Notes: generated by a model not told the origin, from the letters alone. A DNA stretch of 64,000 bases from an uncultured Desulfosarcina sp. (GCA_963674945.2 CAXXWQ010000004.1:1984001-2048000); one strand, 5' to 3'; positions 41,101-50,781 are shown, counted from the stretch's first letter. Numbers and translations: made by a program.

Positions 41101-42416
41101 AGGCGCTGTGGGATGGTCCCGTGGACATCGTCATCCATGGACGGATTCCCCTTGCCGCTGCGGGGACGCTGACCGACGAGCTGGCCGGCGCCACCGGTAT
41201 TCTCATCCTTGCGGGAGAGATGTCGGGTCGCATGGAGCGACCGCATGTCGACGCTACATTACAGCTGGAAGAAGTCGGAATGACCATCCCCGCACTGAAT
41301 CAAAAACTTCACGATCTGAATGGCCGCATCCATCTGACCGACAACCGCCTCGATGTCGACCACCTGTCCGGCATGCTGGACACGGGACGCTTTTCCATAA
41401 ACGGTGGCCTGTCCCACAATAACTTTACACCGGCAAGCGTGGATCTGACGGCTTCCACGACCGCCCTTCCCCTGGAGGTACCCGACACTCTCTCCATGCT
41501 CCTCAACGGAAATGTCCAATTGACGGGTCGAAACCGATCGGCAGAGATCAAAGGCGAAATCGTCTTGCTCGAAGGCGTCTATTACAAGGATGTGAAAATC
41601 AGTCTGCTCAAGGTTGCATCCAGCGCCACATCCCGCCAGCGTACCGTGGCGGCGGCATCCACCCCCATTTCCATTCCCTTCTTCGACACGGTTCGACTGA
41701 ATATCACCATCGGTCACCGGCAACCCTTCGCGGTCGACAACAATCTGGCGGCGCTTGAAATCAGCCCGGATCTGACGATTGGCGGGACCCTGGCAAAACC
41801 CGTGATCAACGGTCGGGCCCAGGTCAGGGAAGGAACGGTCTCCTTTCAAAAAAAGACATTTGATGTGAAAAAGGGCGTCATCGATTTTATCAATCCATAC
41901 CGCACCGAAGCGGATATCGATATTCAAAGCGAGACGACCATCCGTGACTGGACCATCACCCTTGCCATCAAGGGGACACCGGACAATCTGGATTTCTCCC
42001 TTTCATCGGTTCCGGCCGAAACCGATTCGGACATTTTGTCGTTGATCCTCTTCGGAAGGACCGCAAAGGAACTCTCCCAGGGCGAGGGTGGTAGCAAACG
42101 CACGACGGCACAGATCATGGCGGAGATGATCGCCGACACCTTCGGAGACGACATCAAGCGAAAAACGGGGGTGGATATCCTTCAGGTGGAGACCAACGGC
42201 GCTGATGATGAGGACGAAGGTTCGGTCAAGGTAACCGTTGGCAAACACCTGTCCGATCGCATGACTGTGAAATACGCGGTGGAGACCAAAGACGGTGAAG
42301 TGACCCAGCGGGCCATTTCGGAGTATAAGCTGTTGGAGCATATCCTGGTTAACGGTTTTCAGGACAGCAAGGGCATTTACGGATCGGAACTGGTATACCG
42401 GATCGAATTCAGGTGA
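38196..42416 (+). CDS. tamB: Translocation and assembly module TamB-family protein
   Basis: N-terminal TM anchor, long beta-taco repeats (G..xxP.L.G), C-terminal DUF490-like region (LSSVP...DILSLILFG...VGKHLS). Confidence 0.82.
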   Translation: MNAKRKTVLLTVALLCTAVFAVFAAALVWIQSDAGLAWVRTQIDRRIAGRIAIQSVRLSPLAQRLALVDVVLYDEKEAPLAGFSRLSVRLDGWALLHREIHLASVALVDPWANLVVDEGGNLNIVGALASPIGGAKPDSTDPAPGPPFNLVLETGGMTGGRFTYEDKAGKNRIETAGVALTASGNLLDRTGDLTLTIAHAGLENEAVGLKPARIGLGTKLDGESLTISDLRITSEQLSLHLSGNAHDLTAIPVLDGRLFLETNLSQVKKMLGLVDTYDGAVSTALTVKGRADDPEAGLTLRFDGGTIAGQPLDTSRFAFTLADRQVTVDEATVGLAGGHVRLGGGIDLTRAFPSGFFTPPENVNAIAYDLTLTSSIPDLSPWLKGFAAIGGSFSGQLKIEGAGIDPSKMNTRLTASASGKDLSAPGLERTVQGRIQLYARADRGDVVLSGLDLTADGAHLTGDGRFHTRNREVAGNLALTATDLQRVLAVVGRPDIRGSCHGDVTVGGSLQRPQLVLNMTAQDLASGTFVFGDLAAHVRMDEEGVIDLSDLTLKNRNTRVQGNARLRWRPGEGGIDDRFDNHLDLTLESVSAADFVADAPVSGTMDGRLQLSGPLLSLAGDLSLSATALATDAVTIGNVAGHMALKEGTVGVDRLRLTNQDSVITASGRVRIIDPETARWTMNPAFDFDLQSDHMNPGHFVHGIQGDVTAKGDVQGTMDDPMGSLQISGKGIDLAGQPLQDLSMEMHVAGRRLYLDRLFLSVAPDQQLTASGWIDREKVLDLTVQADGIAISAIESLKARFPGEGTLALDATAHGTLGNPDIDGRLTVSDLIVHDQPMADFTLTARLHERKLHVDGDLDFSVMADCDLENLDFDAQLAFDRTETAPFFGAVGKPEIHGTLTGRMAAKGNLRDPAQLSAEVELYNLRLLFKDAPLISSERISVRMADRKLSIVDADLAILSEGNLHLEGEALWDGPVDIVIHGRIPLAAAGTLTDELAGATGILILAGEMSGRMERPHVDATLQLEEVGMTIPALNQKLHDLNGRIHLTDNRLDVDHLSGMLDTGRFSINGGLSHNNFTPASVDLTASTTALPLEVPDTLSMLLNGNVQLTGRNRSAEIKGEIVLLEGVYYKDVKISLLKVASSATSRQRTVAAASTPISIPFFDTVRLNITIGHRQPFAVDNNLAALEISPDLTIGGTLAKPVINGRAQVREGTVSFQKKTFDVKKGVIDFINPYRTEADIDIQSETTIRDWTITLAIKGTPDNLDFSLSSVPAETDSDILSLILFGRTAKELSQGEGGSKRTTAQIMAEMIADTFGDDIKRKTGVDILQVETNGADDEDEGSVKVTVGKHLSDRMTVKYAVETKDGEVTQRAISEYKLLEHILVNGFQDSKGIYGSELVYRIEFR

Positions 42417-45244
42417 TGATAACGCCAAGGACAATGGACAAAAAAATAGGTTCATGCCTGTGGGCATGGTTGATCGCCATGATGCTCTTTACCCCTTCCC
42501 CCATGCGGGCCGAGGATGATGTCAAGGTGAAAACCGGTGTCGAGGACGCGTCCGAGGCAAAGGTGGAAGTAAAGGCGATATCGGTGGTCATCGATGCCGC
42601 TTCCCATCTCCATGAAAAATACGCGGACATGGCACGCCGGATCATCCCCATTCAAGCCGGCATGCCCCTTACCCCAAAAACCATGGACGAAGCCATAAAA
42701 ACCCTCACACAAAGCCGTCGTTTTTCAAAAATTCATGTGGATTCTGTGTCTCACGCCGACGGAGAGGCGTTGATCTTCACCCTTACCCCCTTCCACTACG
42801 CCAAAGAAATTCGCATCCACAACTACTACCCTTTGTTCGAACGGGACATCTTGAACCAGATGACCATCTATCCGGGAGACCCTCTGGAAACCAAAAATTT
42901 TTCCGATCAGGCCGATGCCATCGTCGAACTTTATAAACGGGAGGGGTATGTCGATCCCAAGGTCACGATTCAGTCCCAGGAGGAACCGGACGGGGAGACT
43001 GCCGTAGTGGTGGTGGACATTGAAAAAGGGCACCACTACCGCCTCGGGACATTGACCTTTACGAAAAACCGGGGGATCGGACCGGGACGGCTAAAGCCAC
43101 GGATGCACATCTGGCGGGCGTCTCTGATGCCGTTTTTCGGCCGGTTCAGCGAATACCGGCTTGCACAAGACATGAAAAACCTGACCCAATACTACTGGCG
43201 TAAGGGATATTTCGACGCCCGACTCTCCTATCGGCTCTCCCCGCCCGACGAACATCACCGGGTTGATGTGAACATAGAAGTCGAAGAAAAGAGCCGCCAC
43301 CGGATCGCGTTTTCCGGAAACACACATTTTTGGAACCTGACCCTGAAAAAGGATGTGGTTCTCTTCACCGAAGGCAATCGCAATGGAACGGGAACGCGAA
43401 AAAGCATTCGAAACATGCGCCGGCGATATGAAAATGCCGGCTACCAAGACGTTCGGGTCCGTGTCGAGGCCGCCCATAGTCCTGATGCATCCACGGATCT
43501 CGACCTGTTGCGGTTCGTCATCAATGAGGGGCCGCGGACCATCGTCGACGCCGTTACCATTGCAGGGAACCAAAGCATCGAAGAGAAACGGATTGAAAAA
43601 GAGCTACTCACTCGTCCGCCATCACTTTTTCACAGTGGCGCCTTCGTTCCCGAGACACTGGATGAGGATCTCTACGCCGTTACTACCCTTTACATGAAAG
43701 AGGGATTTCGCGAACGGTCGGTGGAAGCCGATGTGGCAACCAGTGAGGACCGCACCCGTGCCTCGGTTTCAATTGTGATCGATGAAGGGCCCCGGACCAG
43801 GGTCCGATCCATCGAAATCGAAAGCCTGTCGGCAGTTCCGGAAGCGGCGGCAAGGGAGACATTGATCCACCAGGTCGGCGAACCGTTTCGCGAATCGGCA
43901 TTGAATGCGGAAAAAGAGGCAATCATCAGCCTGGTCTCCGAAGCAGGCTACCCCCATGCAAGGGTGGACAGTCGCGTCACATTCAGCGAAGATCAAACCC
44001 AGGCGGACATCGTTCATCGGGTGGATCCCGGCCCACAGGTGAAGCTGGGGCAAATTTTCATCGCCGGAAATCTGCGTACGGAAGAAAAGGTGATCCGCAG
44101 GGAACTGGACGTGACACCCGGTATGCCCCTTTCCCTTCGAACGCTTCACGATGGCCAGCGCCAGCTGCGGGACCTGTATATCTTTCACGGCGTACAGTAC
44201 CGCACCTTCGGCCTAAAGGAAAAAGACGAGACGGTCAACCTCTTCGTGGATGTGGAAGAGGAAAAACCCTACTACTTTCAGATCGGCGGCGGATACGAAT
44301 CGGACAGCGGCTTCTTCGGCCGGGCCAGGGTCGGGGATCGCAACATCTTCGGCCTGAACAAGGAGCTGTGGGCTGCCGGCGAGATCAGCGAGACAGGTTA
44401 CCGGGTGGAGACCCGCCTCAACGAACCAAGGTTTCTCGGCTATCGCATCGGGGCAAGTGTCGGGTTCTTCAACGAAGAGACCATCGAGTTCAACCAGCCC
44501 TTCGGTACCAGAACCACCGGCGGGGCCCTCTCCTTCTCCCGGGATTGGGGTGCCCATGTCACGACAGCATTGAGTTTCAGCCTGGAAAAACGGGACCAGT
44601 TTACCGTGGAGGACCGTCCAGCAGACCTGATGGAGGAGGATTCCCGGACCATATTCGTCACCACCCCATACGTTCGATATGACAGCCGTGACAGTTTTGT
44701 TCGTCCCACCAAGGGGTTGTTCTCCTCTCTCTCCGTGGACATCTCCAAAGGCATCGATAATGAAATAGACGATTTCGTGCGCTACCTGCTGGACATGCGC
44801 ATCTACCGATCGCCCCTTTCCCGCCTTACCTTCGCCGGGCTGGGAAGGATCGGACAGGTGCATCCCTATTCGAACGACGAACGGGTCCCCGATGACCAGC
44901 TCTTTTTTCTGGGTGGCATCCAGGACGTGCGGGGATACAAGGAAAATCTCTTGCGGTTCGACGAAAACGGGGATCCCGTGGGTGGAAAGACCGCCGTGGT
45001 GGGAAGTCTGGAAGCCCGCGTCGACCTGGGTCGAAACTGGGAACTGACCACCTTTTTTGACATCGGCAGCGTCCAGAACACCCAGGTTCCGGGTGGCTCG
45101 GACCGGTTCCGGTCGTCAGTGGGACTGGGACTGAGATACATCACCCCCGTGGGCCCCATGGGCCTTTTATACGGGTACAAGCTTGACCGGGAGGAAGGCG
45201 CATCGGCCGGACGGCTTCACCTCTCCATCGGGTACAGCTTTTAG
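42413..45244 (+). CDS. Omp85-family (BamA/TamA) outer-membrane protein with about 7 POTRA domains
   Basis: Repeated POTRA units (Y...GY...V.EG), LGGIQDVRGY lid motif, SVGLGLRYITPVGP, C-terminal YSF. Confidence 0.9.
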   Translation: MMITPRTMDKKIGSCLWAWLIAMMLFTPSPMRAEDDVKVKTGVEDASEAKVEVKAISVVIDAASHLHEKYADMARRIIPIQAGMPLTPKTMDEAIKTLTQSRRFSKIHVDSVSHADGEALIFTLTPFHYAKEIRIHNYYPLFERDILNQMTIYPGDPLETKNFSDQADAIVELYKREGYVDPKVTIQSQEEPDGETAVVVVDIEKGHHYRLGTLTFTKNRGIGPGRLKPRMHIWRASLMPFFGRFSEYRLAQDMKNLTQYYWRKGYFDARLSYRLSPPDEHHRVDVNIEVEEKSRHRIAFSGNTHFWNLTLKKDVVLFTEGNRNGTGTRKSIRNMRRRYENAGYQDVRVRVEAAHSPDASTDLDLLRFVINEGPRTIVDAVTIAGNQSIEEKRIEKELLTRPPSLFHSGAFVPETLDEDLYAVTTLYMKEGFRERSVEADVATSEDRTRASVSIVIDEGPRTRVRSIEIESLSAVPEAAARETLIHQVGEPFRESALNAEKEAIISLVSEAGYPHARVDSRVTFSEDQTQADIVHRVDPGPQVKLGQIFIAGNLRTEEKVIRRELDVTPGMPLSLRTLHDGQRQLRDLYIFHGVQYRTFGLKEKDETVNLFVDVEEEKPYYFQIGGGYESDSGFFGRARVGDRNIFGLNKELWAAGEISETGYRVETRLNEPRFLGYRIGASVGFFNEETIEFNQPFGTRTTGGALSFSRDWGAHVTTALSFSLEKRDQFTVEDRPADLMEEDSRTIFVTTPYVRYDSRDSFVRPTKGLFSSLSVDISKGIDNEIDDFVRYLLDMRIYRSPLSRLTFAGLGRIGQVHPYSNDERVPDDQLFFLGGIQDVRGYKENLLRFDENGDPVGGKTAVVGSLEARVDLGRNWELTTFFDIGSVQNTQVPGGSDRFRSSVGLGLRYITPVGPMGLLYGYKLDREEGASAGRLHLSIGYSF

Positions 45245-45260
45245 CTCGTAATTGATCGGT

Positions 45261-46286
45261 CTACCGCCAGCGAATCTTTTCCGGCTTATAAGCAAGGGTC
45301 ACGGGCCAGCCGCGATGAAGGGTCATCACCGACAGGTGGGACTCGGTCACCGGGACGGTGAGGACGAGGGAGCCGATACGCACATCGGCGAACAAATGAC
45401 CGCTCTTTTTATCGATGGTGAGGCAGGTGATCGTACCGTCGACCGTCACCACATTCGTGCCGTCGAGCGGCGCATCCCTGGAGAGGATTCGAATGGCGGA
45501 TGGGTCCAAGAATGCCGTGGCATCTTCAGCCGGCGGAGGAGAGACGGGAAAGTACCTGCCGTCTCCGGTGGTTTTGGCGAAACCGCCGTTGGGCAAAGAG
45601 ATCCATGGGCCGAAGATCATGTTCACTCGTCCGGCCCCCACGGGTTTTCCCTTGAACAGGTGGATTACGTCGTCACAAACATCGTAAAGCCACTGGTGAT
45701 CATGACTGGCAATGATCAATGTAGTCCCCCATTCGTCACGGGCCTTTATGGAGGCGGTGCGGATCAGTTCACTGGAAGCGGCATCCACGCTGGCGGTAGG
45801 TTCGTCCAGCAACAACACCCTGGGACGCAGTACAAGGCGAGCCGCCAGCGCCACCCGCTGTGCCTCTCCGCCGGACAACTCGTTCCACCTTCGAAGGGAA
45901 AAGATATGGGGATCGAGGCCGACCTCGGCCAGGGCATGGTTGATTAATGCGGCCCGATCTTCCTTTCCCCTTCTCACCTTCAGACCATAGGCGATGTTGT
46001 CGACCACAAAACGCTTCATCAGGTAGGGTTCCTGGGTTAACAGCGTCACCTGGAAGCGGACCGACGCATCGAAAGGGGCCGAAGGTACGCCGTCGAAAAT
46101 AATCCGTCCCTCGCTGGGCCGCCGGACAAACGCCATGAGTTGGAGAAGGGTGCTCTTGCCGCTTCCGTTGGGCCCCACCAATCCCAATATGGATGCCGGT
46201 TGGATGTCCAGATGGTCCACACACAGCACGGGTTGGTCATCGTACCGGTGAATGAGATTTTCGATTCGATAGATGGGGTGGGTCAA
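45261..46286 (-). CDS. tupC: Tungstate ABC transporter ATP-binding protein
   Basis: GPNGSGKS, LSGGEAQR, LLLDEPT; downstream of tupAB; TTG start. Confidence 0.85.
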   Translation of the reverse strand: MTHPIYRIENLIHRYDDQPVLCVDHLDIQPASILGLVGPNGSGKSTLLQLMAFVRRPSEGRIIFDGVPSAPFDASVRFQVTLLTQEPYLMKRFVVDNIAYGLKVRRGKEDRAALINHALAEVGLDPHIFSLRRWNELSGGEAQRVALAARLVLRPRVLLLDEPTASVDAASSELIRTASIKARDEWGTTLIIASHDHQWLYDVCDDVIHLFKGKPVGAGRVNMIFGPWISLPNGGFAKTTGDGRYFPVSPPPAEDATAFLDPSAIRILSRDAPLDGTNVVTVDGTITCLTIDKKSGHLFADVRIGSLVLTVPVTESHLSVMTLHRGWPVTLAYKPEKIRWR

Positions 46287-46332
46287 TAATAAAATCCAGT
46301 CAATTCATTAAGTTCCAGGCTATCATGATATG

Positions 46333-46456
46333 GCCGGCTTCGTAAGAGGTCCGAGATCAAGGCTTGCGATTCCCGAGGAGTGAGGTGTATCCATGATACT
46401 CCGCAAAGACGAGGGATGAAGCGTAACGCCGATATCGGGCTTCTTACGAGGCCGTC
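46333..46456 (-). repeat. ~125-bp palindromic element, copy 2 (between tupB and tupC)
   Basis: GCCGGCTTCGTAAGAGGT...GAGATCAAGGCTTGCG...GAAGCGTAACGCCGATATCGGGCTTCTTACGAGGCCGTC, a diverged reverse complement of copy 1. Confidence 0.85.
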
Positions 46457-46459
46457 CTT

Positions 46460-47146
46460 TTACTTTCGCCGGAGAAACGATAAACACAGATTCACCCCAA
46501 AGGCAATGAGGAGCAGCACCACACCAAGCGCAATGCCGGTGGCGAACATGCCCTTGCCCGTTTCCAGTGCGATGGCGGTCGTGATGGTCCGGGTGTGCCA
46601 CTTGATGTTCCCCCCCACCATCATGGATATCCCCACCTCGGTCATCACCCGTCCATAAGCGGTCAGCCCTGCTGCCAGGACACCATAGCGTATCTCCCAC
46701 AAACTGCTGAAAAGCAGTTGACGTCGATTGGCACCCAGGGAAATCAACAGCGTACGCAGATGCCGATCCATTCCCTCCACGGCGGTGGCACTCAACGCTA
46801 CGACGATGGGCAAGGCCAAAATGGTCTGGCCGATGACGATACCCGGTATTGTGAACAAAAGTCCCACCTCTCCCAACGGTCCCCGGTTGGAGATGAAGGC
46901 GTACACCATCAGACCGATGAATACCGTGGGAAGGGCCAGTGCCGTATCCACCAGGATCCTCACATGATGTTTACCGGGGAAATCGAAATACCCGAGAAAA
47001 AACCCCGCCGGAATTCCCAGGGTCAGGCTGATGGCCATGGAACCGGAAGAAGCCTTGACCGTGGCAAAAACGGCGGACCAGGTGGGGCCGTCCCCTCCTA
47101 AAAGCAGGACGATCGCTTTTGCGAATCCGGAAAGGATAAAGTCCAT
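46460..47146 (-). CDS. tupB: Tungstate ABC transporter permease
   Basis: ALPTVFIGL, GPLG, GRVMTEVGISMMVGGNIKWHTRTITTAIALET. Confidence 0.9.
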   Translation of the reverse strand: MDFILSGFAKAIVLLLGGDGPTWSAVFATVKASSGSMAISLTLGIPAGFFLGYFDFPGKHHVRILVDTALALPTVFIGLMVYAFISNRGPLGEVGLLFTIPGIVIGQTILALPIVVALSATAVEGMDRHLRTLLISLGANRRQLLFSSLWEIRYGVLAAGLTAYGRVMTEVGISMMVGGNIKWHTRTITTAIALETGKGMFATGIALGVVLLLIAFGVNLCLSFLRRK

Positions 47147-47167
47147 TGAACCCGATGGGAACGAAAA

Positions 47168-48004
47168 TCATTTGGCGTTGGGAACGAATAGCGGCTTACC
47201 CAAAAGCTTGAAGTCTCGGATCAACCCTTGGGCCTCCTCGCCTGCCATCCAATTGGAAAAGGCCGTTGCCAGGTCGAATTTGGCCTTTTTGCACCGCTCT
47301 GGATTGATGGCCATTACACTGTACTGGTTCAGCAGGATCTCGTCTCCCTCCACGAGGATGGTGAGCGGGGGGTTACCGCCCGACGTATCGGCGTATTTGA
47401 TAAATGTACCACGATCGGTCATGGTGTACCCGTTGCGCTCGGCGGCGATATTGATGGTGGCCAGCATCCCCTGACCGGTCTGCACGTACCAGGTCTCTTT
47501 TTCCGGCAGGTCCCCTCCTGCGGCCTTCCACAAGGAAATCTCCTTTTTATTGGTACCCGAGTTGTCTCCGCGACTGGCAAAGAGGGCGCCCTTTTTTCGG
47601 ATTGCATCCAGCGCTTCGATCACACCCTTTCCCTTGATCACGGCCGGATCACTGGCAGGGCCGATGATCACGAAATCATTGTACATGATCTGCCGTCGGT
47701 CTACACCATACCCCATTTCCACATAGGCTTTTTCGGCTGCGGGAGCATGGACCAAAAGCACATCCACGTCACAATTTTCTCCCATTTTCAAGGCCTTTCC
47801 CGTACCCACCGAGGTCCATTTGAGTTCAATCCCCGTGGCCCTGGTAAAATGGGGCGCCAGATAATCCAGCAGTCCGGTATTGTCCGTGCTGGTCGTCGTC
47901 GCCATCATCAGCACCTTTTGTCCGGCCATGGCCGGTAATCCGACGAACAGTACCAATGACGACACCACGGCACATACCGCCAACACCTCTATTTTTTTCT
48001 TCAT
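47168..48004 (-). CDS. tupA: Tungstate ABC transporter substrate-binding protein
   Basis: Signal peptide; ATTTSTDNTGLL (TTTS motif), GTGKAL, VHAP, SRGDNSGT, TDRGT. Confidence 0.93.
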   Translation of the reverse strand: MKKKIEVLAVCAVVSSLVLFVGLPAMAGQKVLMMATTTSTDNTGLLDYLAPHFTRATGIELKWTSVGTGKALKMGENCDVDVLLVHAPAAEKAYVEMGYGVDRRQIMYNDFVIIGPASDPAVIKGKGVIEALDAIRKKGALFASRGDNSGTNKKEISLWKAAGGDLPEKETWYVQTGQGMLATINIAAERNGYTMTDRGTFIKYADTSGGNPPLTILVEGDEILLNQYSVMAINPERCKKAKFDLATAFSNWMAGEEAQGLIRDFKLLGKPLFVPNAK

Positions 48005-48100
48005 CGCTTCACCTTGTCTTTGTCTCTCGTGGGATGCAGGCACCCTGTCTGTCGATACCGGTTCTACCGAAACAACAGGTCATCCCCTAAGGTTGGTCTA

Positions 48101-49030
48101 TCAGAAATGTGACTCCTCCTCCAATACCTGGGGAAACATCATCTTTCCGCTTTTGGAGATATCGTACCCTTCCAACTCTGTGGCCGCTTGGGCAAACTCC
48201 GGTTCGTGGAGCAGCCCCATGAAATACTGGACCTCCTGGTCAAAAAACCGTTCCCGGGTCACCAGAAGATCGTATCGTTCCTTCCGAATGGGAAGGAAAT
48301 CGAGTCCAAGCAGGGATGCAACCGGCCGAATCCCCGGCCCGGCATCTGCATGCCCTCCCAAGATCGCCAGGCCGACATCCATGTGGCGATTCACTTCACG
48401 GTCGTATCCTTCGATTCTTTCCCCTGCAACACCCGCTTTTCGGAGTTCCCGATCGAAGAGCAGCCGGGTACCGGTTTCCAGAGACCGGTTGACGATTCGA
48501 ACCCCGGGATTGCCAAGGTCCTTCACTTCACGGATCCCCGACGGATTCCCCTTTTTCAATAGAATCCCCTGATCCCGCATACAAAAGTTCACCACTACGG
48601 GCATCCGTTCGAAATGCCGCTGCAGAAAATCGAAATTGTACTCGTTTCCGTTCTCCTGAAGAAGGTGACTGGTTGCCATGTGGCAGAGGCTGCGCCGCAA
48701 GGCATGGATCCCGCCTACGGATCCCAGATTTCCAAAGACGGCGAGGTGCCCGGAATATCTTGCATTAAAAAGAGAAAGGACCTTATCCAGGAGAATATCG
48801 TTGCTGCCGGCCAGTACCAGCAAACCCTCATACTGCGGCAATACGTTGTGGTTCTGGGGATAGTTGATGGTATTGGACTCCACCCACTGCTCCACCAGGT
48901 GGCTGGGAAAAATCCATTTTCCGGTTATCTTGGAAGCGGGCAGTCCCTTTTCCGAAATCAACGTGTAAACCATTTTCTCGTTGATCCCGAGAAACTGTGC
49001 CACTTCCTTGGTAGAAAATAGCCGTGTCAT
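48101..49030 (-). CDS. Excisionase-type HTH + periplasmic-binding-like molybdate/tungstate-sensing transcriptional regulator (TaoR-like)
   Basis: FSTKEVAQFLGINEKMVY...LPASKITGKWIF HTH_17; AGSND, GSVGG, NRSLETGTR..FD, ERYDL PBP domain; directly upstream of tupA. Confidence 0.85.
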   Translation of the reverse strand: MTRLFSTKEVAQFLGINEKMVYTLISEKGLPASKITGKWIFPSHLVEQWVESNTINYPQNHNVLPQYEGLLVLAGSNDILLDKVLSLFNARYSGHLAVFGNLGSVGGIHALRRSLCHMATSHLLQENGNEYNFDFLQRHFERMPVVVNFCMRDQGILLKKGNPSGIREVKDLGNPGVRIVNRSLETGTRLLFDRELRKAGVAGERIEGYDREVNRHMDVGLAILGGHADAGPGIRPVASLLGLDFLPIRKERYDLLVTRERFFDQEVQYFMGLLHEPEFAQAATELEGYDISKSGKMMFPQVLEEESHF

Positions 49031-49134
49031 CTTTTCCTGTTCACAAATGATAGATTGGAGTGCCCGTAACCCTATAAAAGTATTTTCCATGTTATGTAAT
49101 TTTCTGTCAATAACAACTATTTTCAATAGCAAAA

Positions 49135-49161
49135 CAAGAAAATATAAACATAAACAAACGA
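49135..49161 (-). promoter_or_regulatory. Candidate autoregulatory motif upstream of the tup regulator
   Basis: TCGTTTGTTTATGTTTATATTTTCTTG on the minus strand, 24 nt upstream of TTGACA (49105-49110); similar to 15860-15886. Confidence 0.35.
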
Positions 49162-49488
49162 AAGATGACAACAAAGAGGCAATGCACTGAAAACCTGACT
49201 TGCGAACCGATCCACTGCCGGCCATATACATCCTTTGTGTCGGAAAGAACAAGCCGATATCACATGCAATTGTTTCGCTTGTCGTCTTTGGTGAAACCTC
49301 TTGGACCAATTTGAACAACATCGTGTTTCAAACATTTACACAATGGTGGACTTGACGTATGCCACTTCGGCCGTATAAATAGTCAATAATCAGCCACTTG
49401 GTTTATTCCGTAGAAAATGAAATGTTTTTGCCATTAGACAGACAATCTTTCGTATATGCTTTGATCCCCGCGACTCTGGAGAGCTGGC

Positions 49489-50754
49489 GTGATACTCAAT
49501 GAAAAACAGAAAATGGACTCACTGCTTGTGACGGGAATTGAGATAAACCGGATCCACGACCTTGATATTCTGTTGGAGCGCCTTCTGACGCGTGCACGCC
49601 AATTCGTCAATGCCGACGCCGGTTCCATCTATATTCGCGAAGGAGATCAACTTCGGTTCGCCCATTCTCAAAATGCAACCCTGGAAAAAAAGCTCTCCCC
49701 CGGTGAAAAACTCATTTACACCAACGTCTCACTTCCCATCGATGAGAAAAGCATCGCCGGATATGCCGCCGCCACAAAAAAGATGCTTTGCATTCCAGAC
49801 GTGTACGCACTCCCATCCACCAAAAAGTATCGATTCAGCAAGGTATTCGACGAGACATCGGGCTATGTTTGTAAATCCATGCTCACCATCCCGCTGATAA
49901 GTTCCAAGAAGGATGTGTTGGGCATTTTGCAGATTATCAACGCCCAGGATGAGAAACAGCAGATTCGGGCCTTCACGTCATCCGATGAAAAGGTGATGCT
50001 CCACTTTGCCGGCATGGCAGCCGTCGCCCTGGAACGCGCCCAGATGACCCGGGCGATGATTTTGCGCATGATTCGCATGGCCGAAATGCGTGATCCGATG
50101 GAAACCGGTGCCCATGTCAACCGGGTGGCCGAGTTCTCCCTGACAATCTATGAACAATGGGCCCGGCGACGGGGGATCGACCGAAAAACCATCGACAAAA
50201 CCCGGGACGAACTTCGCATGGGAGCCATGCTCCACGACGTGGGAAAAGTGGCCATCTCCGACGAAATCTTAAAAAAACCGGAACAATTGAGCCCCCACGA
50301 GTTCGAGATCATGAAACTGCACACCGTTTACGGGGCGCAGCTGTTCTCCAATCTGCAGTCGGACTACGATGAAGTCGCCGCCGTTATCGCATTGAACCAC
50401 CATGAGCGGTGGGACGGAAACGGCTACCCCGGACACGTGGAATTGACAACGGGAAAATTGATGTGCCATGAAGATAAGAATCGCTCCCTGCCCGGAAAGA
50501 GGGGAAAAGAGATTCCCATTCTCGGCCGCATCGTCTCCATCGCCGATGTCTACGATGCGCTCTGTTCAAGAAGAAGCTACAAGGAGCCATGGGAGGAAAA
50601 CTGCAGCATCGACTTTGTTTGTCAGTGCAAGGGAACCCATTTCGATCCCGAGTTGGTCGAAATCTTTATAAAACAACTCCCCTTCATCCGGGCCATCCAG
50701 GAACGGTACGCGGACTCGAAGGACAAAGCCCATCCAGCACAGATGGCGTCATAG
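49489..50754 (+). CDS. GAF + HD-GYP c-di-GMP phosphodiesterase
   Basis: GAF (AGSIY, SIAGY, SMLTIP); ETGAHV.RV, LHDVGK, HHERWDGNGYP, ADVYDAL..RRSYK. Confidence 0.9.
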   Translation: MILNEKQKMDSLLVTGIEINRIHDLDILLERLLTRARQFVNADAGSIYIREGDQLRFAHSQNATLEKKLSPGEKLIYTNVSLPIDEKSIAGYAAATKKMLCIPDVYALPSTKKYRFSKVFDETSGYVCKSMLTIPLISSKKDVLGILQIINAQDEKQQIRAFTSSDEKVMLHFAGMAAVALERAQMTRAMILRMIRMAEMRDPMETGAHVNRVAEFSLTIYEQWARRRGIDRKTIDKTRDELRMGAMLHDVGKVAISDEILKKPEQLSPHEFEIMKLHTVYGAQLFSNLQSDYDEVAAVIALNHHERWDGNGYPGHVELTTGKLMCHEDKNRSLPGKRGKEIPILGRIVSIADVYDALCSRRSYKEPWEENCSIDFVCQCKGTHFDPELVEIFIKQLPFIRAIQERYADSKDKAHPAQMAS

Positions 50755-50781
50755 GAAAACCATACGAAAAAAGAGAAAACG

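Noticed and set aside
49031..49321. N-terminal extension of the tup regulator in the 406-aa ORF call
   Set aside because: It runs through AT-rich promoter DNA; the HTH begins at ATG 49030
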